From: Octopus sinensis
Lineage: Eukaryota
Length of the DNA: 64,000 nt
Reading direction: 5' to 3'
Assembly (NCBI RefSeq): GCF_006345805.1
Contig: NC_043012.1
Coordinates: 3,720,001 to 3,784,000, forward strand
The notes beneath the pieces are model-generated. The model ran no database searches and was not told where the DNA came from. It was given only the letters and a program-made list of their open reading frames with translations. The translations under genes and the position numbers were made by a program. Of the stretch, positions 1 through 11,058 are shown in pieces (the stretch's first letter is position 1; each line of letters opens with the position of its first letter).

Positions 1-73
1 ATAAAAATAAAATATATTGCATCAATTATTTTTAATGAAAACCGGAATGGTGTGCGACTTCTGAGATACCCTG

Positions 74-319
<246 letters not shown>

Positions 320-464
320 GTATAAATATAATTTTTTCATTATCTTCCAGCCATTTAAAGATTTTTCAATGAATTGTTTTCTAATTTTCCACACAAATAT
401 AGTCTTGTATGATATTGATGAATATCGCTTTTATTTTTCTCTGAAAAATTAATAATTAACAAGA

Positions 465-692
465 TACAAGGGCGGGAGTTGGGGCTGAAAAGTTCCTGGC
501 TTTGGGTAAAAGAAAATACAGGAAGATCAGTTAATTATGATTTTATGAACATGCTCCTTTCTCAGATTCACACACTTATTGCGGCAGTCTGTCATTTTTT
601 TTCTAAGACCTCTGAAAGAACTCGGAAAGTTAGGCCTCCAACCAGGCCTTTTGTGATACTCTTAAAGCCAGGAATTTTTCAGCACCTCCTCA
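465..692. mobile_element. Tc1/mariner-type MITE
   Basis: TIR cores GCTGAAAAGTTCCTGGCTTT (484-503) and AAAGCCAGGAATTTTTCAGC (664-683); second copy at 23646-23846. Confidence 0.75.
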
Positions 693-798
693 CAGAAGCA
701 TTTAATTATATATATATAGTTTGATAAGTGCTGATGCATAATACTCTCGGCTCTTGAGTCTCCCTGTTGCTTCTGCTAACTACTACTACCACTACTGA

Positions 799-1251
799 AT
801 AATAATAATAATAATCCTTTCTACTAAAGGCATAGGGCCTGAAATTTTAGGGAAGGGATACGTCGATGACACTGACTCCAGTATTCAACTGGTACTTAAT
901 TTATCAACCCTGAAAGGATGAAAGGTAAAGTCAACCTTGGCGGAATTTGAACTCAGAACGTAGTGGCAGACAAAATGTGGCAAACCATTTTGCCCAGCTT
1001 GCTACATTGATGATGATGATAATAATAATAATCTTTTCTACTATAGGCAGAAGGCCTGAAATTTTTGGTGGAGAAGGGGGCAAGTTGATTAGATCAACTC
1101 TAGTATGCAACTGGTACTTAATTTATCAACCCCAAAAGGATGAAAGGCAAAGTCGACCTTGGCGGAATTTGAACTCAGAACGTAAAGACAGCCGAAATGC
1201 TGCAAAACATTTTACCCAGCATGCTAACGATTCTGCCAGCTTGCCACCTTG
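799..1251 (-). mobile_element. Two tandem copies of tRNA-derived SINE family B
   Basis: Reverse complement of AAGGCGGCGAGCTGGCAGAA..GAGTTCAAATTCC (B box)..GCCTTTCATCCTTTCGGGGTCGATAAATTAAGTACCAG..(ATT)n. Confidence 0.8.
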
Positions 1252-1440
1252 ATGATGATGATAATAAAAATAATAATAATAATAATGATGATAATAATAA
1301 TAATATTTAAAATCAAATTTTTTAAAATTTATTAAAAAAAATCTTTCTGCTTTGTGTGTATGTGTGTTTGAGTGTATATATAAATATATATATATTTGTT
1401 GTGTGTCTGTACATATATGTCTGCTTTGTGTGAATGTGTG

Positions 1441-1473
<33 letters not shown>

Positions 1474-1959
1474 CGTTTTATGTGTGTGTGTGTATATATA
1501 TATTTTTATGTGTGTATATATGTGTATATATATATATATATTTATATATATATACACACGCACACACACATTTATATTGTTTATATAATAAATGTATATA
1601 TTTTTCATGCATTTGAGAATACTTGCTTACTCATTTTTGCATTGTGTATTATGTTGTGTTATGTACACTCACTGGAAATAAATATCCACACTTTCACAAT
1701 TCAAATATGTGCACATTGTGCTATCATCATTATATACATCCTGGGTACACTGTGTATGAGTGTATTATATGTGACGTGTTTGCTCTGACGGGATGTGTGT
1801 ATTAACATTGAATATACTGTGTGTGTGTGATGTGCTGTAATTGTGTGTTGTAATGTTGTCCATGGGGTGTGCGTAGTATGGTAGTTCACTGATTGTGCGT
1901 TTGTATAGTAATATTGTATTACAAGGTTCATTTATTCACCACTTACCTAAAACACAGGT

Positions 1960-2190
1960 GTTCGAAGCAAAAGACGGAGCCTTTACATGGTCGTTCTGCC
2001 TGCTGGAAATAGCAGCCAAATCTCCCTCATCACTTCCTACCAACTTTGAAGAAAAAGCGGTCTAGATGGTATGATCCTGAGTTCTGTGCACATAGGTAAA
2101 AAAAAAAAAATAGCGGGTGGTCTCAGATGGAATGTTTTTGATCATAGCTCTGCTTGGTCAGTTCTGACCTTGGGCTAAACAATAACTGTT
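1960..2190. repeat. Unclassified dispersed repeat (family G)
   Basis: GGAGCCT.TACATGGTC..CTGCT.GAAATAGCAGCCAAATCTCCCTC..GATCATAGGTCTGCT; related copies at ~6230-6440, ~21830-22005 and ~48630-48760. Confidence 0.5.
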
Positions 2191-2429
2191 TTAACAATCA
2201 ATAGAAAATTGTCTTTTGCTATAGTTCTGGTGACTTGTTCAAACACTCCCTGGTGATGGTGAGGGGTTCTTCAAACCCCTTCATAATTTATGTATACTAA
2301 CTTCATTTTTGTTTTGTGTGTGTGTGTGTGTATTGTGAGACAGAATTCCAGTTTCCTCGTGTTTTTTTTACTGCTGCGTAGCTTGGGAGCTTTCAGTCAT
2401 AGATCCATATGAACAGTAGATAATAAATG

Positions 2430-2465
<36 letters not shown>

Positions 2466-2822
2466 TGAGAAAGGAAGACTATACTTGTGAAATATAAGCT
2501 TTTACTGAACTCACGGCTTGATCGATCTACATGCATGCAGATACAGATAGACAGATAGATATACGTGCATATACATAACACTTTCACGTGCATACAGAGA
2601 TATCTTTACAAATACGTGTGTTTGTATGTTTGTGTGTGCATGTATACATATCCACACAGCGCGTGTGTGTGTGCGTATGTATAAACATTTGCGTGTCATT
2701 TTTTCTTTTCTTTTCTTTTTTTTTTTACCCTATCAACATGCTCTCTGATCTGTTTTCTTTTTTTTTCCTGCATCTTTTGCCCAGCTGATTTTCAGCCTGT
2801 AGGTTTGTGTGTGTGTAAGTGA

Positions 2823-2861
<39 letters not shown>

Positions 2862-2921
2862 CTGAAGCAGGACTGTCCCTACCTTCCTGTTGCTCTCAGT
2901 TGTGGGAGTGGGTAAGGTGTT

Positions 2922-2958
<37 letters not shown>

Positions 2959-2969
2959 CAGATACTTAC

Positions 2970-3027
2970 CACTTCCAGGATTTCCTCCTCCTTCGCTTAT
3001 TCCATCTTCCTTCTCCTCACATGTCAT
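2970..3027 (-). CDS. Possible first exon of a divergently transcribed neighbour (MTCEEKEDGISEGGGNPGS-G|), product unknown
   Basis: Minus strand ATG ACA TGT GAG GAG AAG...GGA AGT G|gtaagtatc, a perfect donor (plus strand gatacttacc at 2961-2970). No downstream exon identified in 1-2960. Confidence 0.22.
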
Positions 3028-3042
3028 CTCTCTCTCTCTCTT

Positions 3043-3081
<39 letters not shown>

Positions 3082-3649
3082 TATACAATTTTCTTTTATT
3101 TCTCACTTTTCTACTCTCTCTCTCTCTCTCTTTCTCCGCCCTCTCTTTCTATCTTCACACACACACACACACACACACACACGCCATTTGCTCTCTGTCT
3201 CTCTCTCTCCTCCTCTCGTTCTCTCTCTCTCTCTCTACCCAATTCAGTTATATAGTTAGGGTTAACAACCCAGATGGAGCTACACCAGAAATATTGTCTC
3301 AGGCAGGCAGACTGTTTTTTTCCTTCCTTCCTTCCTTCCTTCCCACCTTCTTACTCTCTTCTCCTTCCAACTCTCTCTCTCTCTCTCACACACACACAAC
3401 ACTACTTAGCATGTCTTGCTAGGACATAGCTAACTTGGTGGTTTTTAGCAGGTACCTCTACACCCAACCCTCCCTCCAGATGTCTGTGTTGTGCCTGCTC
3501 TCACTGTTTTGTCTTCAATAATATTTCCATCAATTCAAACAAATACCCACCCTACCTGCCTGTCCACCCGTCCAACCAAAACAAGTTCTTCTCTACAAAA
3601 CCAAAACAAGTTCTCTCTCGGACTACAAGTCCCTCAGATTTTATAAGTA

Positions 3650-3657
3650 ATGCCTGG
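3650..3657 (+). CDS. homer: Candidate first coding exon of Homer (ATG CCT GG| = Met-Pro-Gly)
   Basis: taagtaATGCCTGG|GTAAGT: perfect donor, phase 2, which joins exon 56206 as MPGEQPLF and mirrors the canonical Homer MG| first exon. It ends a SINE-free, CT/CA-rich promoter/5'UTR-like island. Confidence 0.5.
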
Positions 3658-3901
3658 GTAAGTTACACAAGTATTTTTCGTGTTGTTGTTGTTATATATC
3701 ATTGCTTTTATTGTTTACTTCAGATATTGTTTTCTGACTATCGTTAATTTTGGCTAATTAATTAATTTTCCTCTTCTCTCTCTATCCCCCTCCCCTCTCT
3801 TTCTCTGTCTTTCTCTTTCTCTCTCAAGATCTCGTTATTTTCTTAGAAATTACCATTATTCCATAATTGAACATTCTGTCTTTATTTATTGACTTGATGT
3901 A

Positions 3902-3945
3902 ATGAGAACTGTAGACTGGGAGGAAGCAGTCGAGGTGGATGGCAG
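3902..3945 (+). CDS. Weaker candidate alternative first coding exon (MRTVDWEEAVEVDGR|)
   Basis: ATG AGA ACT GTA GAC TGG GAG GAA GCA GTC GAG GTG GAT GGC AG|gtttgg. Purine/GC-rich, coding-like and phase 2, but the donor is weak. Confidence 0.22.
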
Positions 3946-5776
3946 GTTTGGTTAGCGGGATCTGCGACCCAGTTTCTATTCAGTTACATTTCTAAACCAA
4001 CCCCACTCCTTGGGTGCTGGGGCTAAAGGTATACCCAACACAAATTTCCATTTTCTCCTCTTCCCTTAAAGTAAGTCCAAGTCACTATCCGTATTGAATT
4101 ACCCATCGGTAGTTACCCTGGATTATGGAATATCAAACAACTGGTTGTATTTATCACACTCAAATGTGATCAATATAATATTGACTGGTTTATTAAACTG
4201 AATATGATTGTCAAATAAAAATTGTCATAGAATCAAAGTAGATTTAATATTGATTTCATATATAGGTACACAGCTACATATTTTTTTTTTTTTAGTGGGT
4301 AGGTTACTTTTATATTGACTTCTAATATTTCTTTGTTTTTCTGGGATTAATAAAATAAATACCAAAGTCAGCGTCAGTGGGGTTTGAACCCATGAATGGG
4401 TGTCTGCTAATATTAAAGTATATCATTTTTTTTAACACTTATCTAATCTTGAATTAATTTCATAATTCTTTTTTTTAAATTCTAAATTAGTTGAGTTAAG
4501 TAACTTTAATTTCATTAGTGTTGTGATTCTGTTAATATTTTAAATAAAAGTGCAGTTATATCAGATGCTTGGTGCAACTGAGCACTTCATTCTTATATTT
4601 AGTTGCATCTCCTATACATTTTGAGTTCAAATCCTGCTTGTGTTAACATTGCTTTCCTTGTCTCCGGGATCAGTAAATTATGTTGTAAGGCATGCAATTA
4701 AATAAATTCAGTTGACTCTATCCTCTCAACCTCCTGTCCATTTGTGACCAATGCAAGAAAACTAATTCAGTTTTGAAGGAAATGGCGACAATGATAAATA
4801 GATCTTTTGAGTGAAAATTCTTACTTTTTCTTTTAACCCTTTGTAGCCATATTTATGAAGAAATTCACTGTCCATGAAGGAGGACACAGTAAAATAACCA
4901 ACTTCTTTATTAACCGTTTCATTACCATAGTTCTGTTGAAATACATTGTCTTCAAAAAAGTATTTTGTAAAATATTTTAAGCTGGTGTTTGGAGTAAAAC
5001 ATGAAATTTTAATGGAATGTTTTCATTTAAATTGCATTAAAGCAACTAGTTTATATTATAGAATGAGAAAAGGTCTCAGAGAGTTTGGTATTAAAATGGT
5101 TAATCTGTTTTAGAAAGTTCTGTTGATAGAATTAAGAGGAATGGCTTGAACATAAACACTTCAAAGTGGCCTGTTTTGTGTCACGGAACTGGAGGCAGTC
5201 TGAGGTGGGTTGGTATCAAAATGGTTAAGTTAAAATTCTGCCTGCACTAACTTTTACCACTCTGGGGTGGTTTGATGAAATAAAATGTCACTAGTATATC
5301 ATTGCAGATTCAGTCAAGCTAGCCCTTTTCTCATTTCTGTAAAATAATCAACCCTGTGCTTATGCAAAAGAAATACTTCCACACACACATGGATGGGAAG
5401 TAAGATGACTGGATTGTATGTTTTTTGTAGCAAACTTGCTGCTTCACATTTACAGGTTCAGATCAAATCTAAATCAATTTTTAAATTGGAATGATATACT
5501 GGAGGTTAATTTATTAATTACTTGCTTGTCTAAAAAAAAAAAAAAAAGGAAAATAATAAAATAAAGGAGTTTTTTCATGTATACTTTATCTCTTGAAAAG
5601 CTAGTTAGGATTAGCATCAGGAAGGGCTTCCAGCTGTAAGATAATGCCTTAAACTGCATATTCATCTAACCCATGCAAATATGGTAAAACAGATGTAGAA
5701 CAGACAACTGAACGCTTAGTGAAAAAATGGAGTATTTTTCATTTATAACCATTCCTGGAATTTTTTTTTTTTTTAA

Positions 5777-6156
5777 ACTTGTTTCGGTCATTAGATTTGC
5801 AACCATGCTGGGTCCTGCCTTGGGTTTTTAGCTGAATGAATCAACCCCAGTATTTGTTTCTTTTTTAATCCTGGTACTTATTCTATCAGTCAGTTTTGCT
5901 GAACTGCTAAGTTACGGGGATGTAAACATACCAACACCGGTTGTCAAGCAGTGTGTGTGTGTGGGGGGGGGGCAAGCACAGACACAAAAAACATACCCAC
6001 ATATGACAGGCTTCTTTCAGTTTCCATCTACCAAATCCACTCTCAAGGCTTTGATCAGCCTGAGGTTATAGTAAAAAGATACTTGCCCAAGGTGTTATAT
6101 AGTAGGACTGAATTCACAACCATGTCGTTGGGAAGCTAGTTTCTTACCACACAGCC
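5777..6156 (-). mobile_element. tRNA-derived SINE family A
   Basis: Reverse complement of the family A structure: Pol III head, CCTTGGGCAAGT core, TA/TG microsatellite middle, GTAAAAGA tail. Confidence 0.75.
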
Positions 6157-7840
6157 TGAAAAACAAAAAAAAACCCAAAGCTGTTAGTTTATTTGGGGTA
6201 AATTCCTATTCTCAAATCTGGATTCAGTTACATTCCAATGCTGGAACCTCTCTCTGCAGTTGTTTGACTTGCTAAGAAAGGTAGCCACATCTCCCTCTAC
6301 TCACATCTCCCAACTGACTTAAGGGAAGAAGGGATGCATTAGATGATGTAGATAGTCCTACATACCCTTATAAAGATGGGATGGTCATAGCTGGAATGCC
6401 TTTGAACATAGGTCCTGGTTGATTTGGAGCTAAGCAACAAATGGATGCAATTTCCAACCAATGAAGAAGCCTTTATATCCAGCATGGGCAACCTTTTTCG
6501 AGAAGCAGGCCACATGAGACATGGTTCATTATCAGGCAGGCTGCACTAATAAAAAAAATTCAAAGTAATTGTTCGCTAGGTGTGCCATTCAGAAAATCCT
6601 GCAAGCCACAGTTTGTTTGTGGCTGCTCTACATGATTACTTAAAACGGTAGAAACAACAGCTTGGTTTCCCTCCTCTTTCTTCAATCATTTTATTTTCTT
6701 GACAAAAAGAGAAAAAAAATGGTCACAATGAATAAGGTGATCTGAGACTCACTATTTATAATAGAAAAAGATAGAGATGGTCTTGGCTTAATACCTTTAA
6801 TTTTCTCAATTTGGGCTGACTACTGGATGCAATGTTTTCTTTCTTTTTTAACTTTCTATTAAAATCTCAGTATTCAATGAAGAACTGATTGGGTAATGGC
6901 AGTTGTGGAAGCTTTCTTTTGGCTTGAAAAAATTTTGCTGTCTTAATTATTTTGGGTTAAAAATATTTTTTAGCATATCTCTTTAATATTATATTTCACT
7001 ATAAATGAATAACCATTCTTTTGCGAAAAAAATCTTACTCTTTTACCATTCTTTTATGGACAAATTATAAAGACATTTTCCTCTCCCTCCTCTTCATTAT
7101 TATTATTGTTCTTTTTAACTCGGGTTTTGTTGGAACTCCTGGAATCTTGCATGCATAGCAGGTTTGCTGCCTGCAGCCTACGGTACCATGCTATGTGTTC
7201 CTTTCAACTATCTAACACTTTCCCGATTATTCTGGTTATGCCAAGGAGACAAATCTTTTGTAACAGTTCTACTGGGCACTCTATTCCGATTTCCTTTATA
7301 TTCCTCTTGATGCCTTTTGATACTGTCCCCAAGGACCCAACTATAATTGGCAATTATTATTATCATTTTTGTGGAAGAAACAGTAATGTAATGGACAAAA
7401 TGCTTTGTAATATTTTATCATATCTCTTCTTGTTTAAGTTCAAATTATGCCATAGTTGATTATTGCCATTTCGCGAAATATGTATTGGTCAAATATTGGA
7501 ATCAGTTAAATTGAAAATTTAAATTTATGGCTTCATGCATTTTTTTAGATAACATTTTAAAAGCAGCAAGATGACAGAAATAGTAGAGCAGCACCATAAT
7601 TAAATGTCTTGCTCTTCTGCATTTTGAGTTCAAATCTTCTTGGAGTTGACTCAGCTATTCTACCCTCTCTTAAATTTCTCATCTTGTTCCAATATGTAAG
7701 ATTACACATTAGAATGAGTATGAATCATCTTAATCTAAAAACAATGTGCTAGGTAGAAATTAGATAAGATCATAAGTAAGGATGCCAGTGGAACCCACCC
7801 TAGATACTGGGGCAAGCAATAGAAGAGAAAACAGAGAATT

Positions 7841-8058
7841 TAAGGCAGCGAGCTGGCAGAAATGTTAGCATGCTAGGCGAAATGCTTAGTGGTATTTCGT
7901 CTGTCTTTTCATTCCGAGTTCAAATTCCACCAAAGTTGACTTTGCTTTTCATCCTTTCGGGGTTGATAAATTAAGTACCGGTTGCGTAGTGGGGTCAATC
8001 TAATCAACTGGGCCCCCTCCCCCAAAATTTCGGGCCTTGTGCCTAGAGTAGAAAAGAA
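7841..8058 (+). mobile_element. SINE family B
   Basis: TAAGGCAGCGAGCTGGCAGAAATG...GAGTTCAAATTCC...TAAATTAAGTACC. Confidence 0.85.
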
Positions 8059-8603
8059 GACAGAGAATTTGTGGTAAAGCAAACAGGGCAAATGCACAAT
8101 ATGAGACAGATATATTTCAAGGGATGATGTTTGTAGAAGCTACACTACATGGTGAATTAGCTCATGGGTTTAGGAAGGCCCCGAAGGACACCAAACTCAA
8201 CAGTGGTTCCTTTTACTAACAGGTCTGTATTTATTTTGAGATGCTCTGTATTTCTTTAAGTTACTTTAAATATAACAAAGAATTTAGTAAAATAACTTAG
8301 CTATCATTCAGCTAGTGTTAGGAACATAAACTGTGACTAAGGTTTGGTGGAAGATTTTAATTCAAAACTTATGAAAACAAGACATTTGTACTCAGAGCTG
8401 GTTTCAGCCTGTTTGGTAACGAAAGCGTTAAAGTGGTAGCACACAAAAATAAACATTATTTTCCATTTTACTGTTAGTTTTGTTTCATTTTGAAAAATGG
8501 AAATTTATTTTATGGTTTATTATTGTTTATCTTCTGAATTACATATATATGGGGGCACCATGAGCTTTTAATTGCTTAGGGCCTCTATGGGTCTTAATCC
8601 AGC

Positions 8604-8848
8604 CACAGGCATTTGGTGTTGTGGTTAAGAGCGCGGGCTACTAACCCCAAAATTCTGAGTTCGATTCCAAGCAGTGACTTGAACAATAATAATAATAAAA
8701 ATAACATCGAAAAATACCTTAGGAATGAGAACCTAGGTTCGAAATTTCTCCAAGACACCTGAAGAAGGCTGGAGGGTATATCAGCCAAAACGTTATGTTA
8801 ACAACAAACAAGATGAGGAAAAATATCCGACGAATGTAAATAATGTAA
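8604..8848 (+). mobile_element. tRNA-headed short element with a Penelope-type terminus containing a degenerate minimal hammerhead ribozyme
   Basis: A-box-like TGGTGTTGTGG (8614-8624), B-box GAGTTCGATTCC (8657-8668), (AAT)n linker, then GACAC-CTGAAGA-A-GGCTG-loop-CAGCC-AAAAC-GTT-ATGTT (8754-8799). Confidence 0.6.
8754..8799 (+). ncRNA. Hammerhead ribozyme motif (minimal type I), probably inactive (G12>A)
   Basis: Core CUGAAGA; 5-bp stem II GGCUG/CAGCC; AAAAC where GAAAC is expected; palindromic ACGU helix III; stem I GACAC/AUGUU (4 of 5 pairs). Confidence 0.55.
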
Positions 8849-8999
8849 TCCAGCCTTGTTTGTTTATATGGCCAACTGTTAGTTTTCCTCAAAAGAATTT
8901 CCATGCATCTGCATATGCATGATAAACACTGATCAATAGAGGAGGCACTACATGGGCTCTTGATAGAAGTGCTACATAACTTGATAGTACTTGATAGTA

Positions 9000-9224
9000 T
9001 ATATATTTCTTTACTGCCCACAAAGGGCTAAACATAGAGGGGACAAACAAGGACAGACAAAGGGATTAAGTCGATTACATCGACCCCAGTGCGTAACTGG
9101 TACTTTATTTATCAACCCCGAAAGGATGAAAGGCAAAGTCGACCTCGGCGGAATTTGAACTCAGAACGTAACGGCGGACGAAATACGGCTACGCATTTCG
9201 CCCGGCGTGCTAACGTTTCTGCTA
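9000..9224 (-). mobile_element. SINE family B (AAGAAAT-tailed subtype)
   Basis: Young-looking copy with the tail variant ccccttgtgggcagtaaagaaat. Confidence 0.85.
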
Positions 9225-9708
9225 GCACAAAACACTTCTTGGGAGGAGTAACGTGTGTTGTACAATGCGGAGTTGGAAGCAGAACGAGCAGTAAAACCTG
9301 CAACTTTATCTGCAGGAGGAACTACTTCTAGATCCATCTTGGATGACGAGTGTTGAGTCGGGAGAGTCCTTATTATCACCATCATTAATTTTCTCTTCAT
9401 TTTCATAATCATTTTCCTCAGCATCATCATCATTATGGAGGTGAATTAGAGTGGTGTAATATACTTCTTTATCAGAATGATGAATATTTGCCAAAGAAAA
9501 TAGCCCCTACACCTCCACTAAGGGAGGAAGGATATTTGATAGACATTTTAATAAATTCATAAACTGTCTCTTCATGCCTTCTCTCTCTTTCTTTCCTATA
9601 ATTTTTAATATCAGCACAGAAATGTATGATTTCCTTTCTTTTTTTTCTTCTTCTGTGTAATCAATATAACTCTGACTTAATATCTACCTCAAATTACCAT
9701 CTTTCTAC

Positions 9709-9755
<47 letters not shown>

Positions 9756-10277
9756 TTATATATAAAAGTAAGGTTGTGTGCTGTCTGTCTCCTACGATTT
9801 AGATTCCTAACTACTCCCACATTTTGCGGTGCAGTTTAACTAAAACCGGGTATCTTATAGTCATGATTCATATCGAGCCCTTCTGGGTATTAGCGCGCGT
9901 CTATGATGAGTCAACGATTAAAAAAAAAATTTACCATCATTTTCCCCCCATTTATTTTGCTATTTTTTGGCTATAACTCTCTAAAAATGCTTATATAGTT
10001 ATTTCCCTTACAAACCCGAGCAACGCCGGGCGATACTGCTAGTACATATATATATATATATATGTCCTATACTATGAGGCAAAGCAAATGGTTTTTAACT
10101 GATAGAATGGTTTTGCAGGATATATATATATATCCTGTGAGTCCTGTGAGCTCCCTCAGTTTTCCTGTTTCTTTTTTCTTTTTTTCTGTCAAACCACATT
10201 CTGCTTTTGCATAACTTACAAGTTAACCCACATTTGCCTTCCCGTCAACCTACTTATACAAGCACATGCATGCACGT

Positions 10278-10313
<36 letters not shown>

Positions 10314-10519
10314 ACCCACGCGTACATGTGTGTGTGATATCATTTTCCTTATCAATGTTTGACAAGTTTAGTTGTAAGTTTCTCAAGCAACAGGGAGAAG
10401 TTTTCACTGAACCAAGTCTTTTACTTGATTTTGGTTCGTAGTTGAGATTATGTATATTTTTAAAAAGTTGGTAGACAACTCTCATTTGACTTTTGGTGCT
10501 TCCTTCAGAATCTGCATAA

Positions 10520-10857
10520 AGGGTAAAGACCCCCCTTCGGCCATGAATGACCGTGGGATTGCACCTGGAATGTTCCCCTCTGAGGCACAAGTCCAAGCAA
10601 GGTTGTTTATGGAAAACCAGCAGTCGCCCATGCATACCAGCCTCTCCTCTCCATGCCACCAATGTTATTCAAAGGAAGGCAAAGGCCAATACAGCTTAGC
10701 ATCAGTGGTATTACAACTCATTTCTACAGCTGAGTGAACTGGAGCAATGTGAAATAAAGTGTCTTGCTCAAGAACACAACACAGCTTGGTTCGGGAATCA
10801 GACTCACTACCTCATGATTGTGAGCCCGATGGTCTAATCACTGAGTCATGTGCCTTC
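10520..10857 (-). mobile_element. tRNA-derived SINE family D (full copy)
   Basis: Reverse complement has a Pol III-like head (GGCACATGACTCAGTGATTAGA..GAGTCTGATTCC) followed by GTGTTGTGTTCTTGAGCAAGACACTTTATTTCAC. Confidence 0.7.
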
Positions 10858-10885
10858 ACTCTGGTATATATATATAATACTATAA

Positions 10886-11010
10886 AGGTGCATGGTTCAG
10901 TAGTTAGAGCATCAAGCTTATGATCGTGAGGTTGGGAGTTTGGTTCCTGGGCTGGGCTACATGTTGTGTTCTTGAGCAAGATACTTTATTTCACGTTGCT
11001 CCAGTTCACA
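10886..11010 (+). mobile_element. SINE family D, 5' part (inverted relative to 10520-10857)
   Basis: ..TGTTGTGTTCTTGAGCAAGATACTTTATTTCACGTTGCTCCAGTTCAC; further partial copies at ~14690-14862 (-) and ~53195-53310 (+). Confidence 0.7.
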
Positions 11011-11058
11011 TCCTTAGTTGATGCCTACTGGTGTAGCACCTGAGAAGAATAAGATATG

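Larger units (their letters stand above)
2700..3657. promoter_or_regulatory. Putative promoter/5'UTR island of the Homer locus
   Basis: No SINEs; alternating (GT)n, (CT)n and (CA)n tracts around unique GC-richer islands; CpG run gcgcgcgcgc near 2853-2862; splice donors on both strands; ACTACAAGTCCC (ACTACAnnTCCC, ZNF143/SBS-like) at 3622-3633. Confidence 0.4.

Noticed and set aside
5389-5405. ATG GAT GGG AA|GTAAGA, phase-2 first-exon candidate
   Set aside because: Appears to lie in decayed SINE-like sequence with no promoter-like context.
7841-7930. tRNA-like A/B boxes in SINE heads (families A, B, D and 8604)
   Set aside because: No complete cloverleaf or acceptor stem; they continue into SINE bodies, so they are not tRNA genes.
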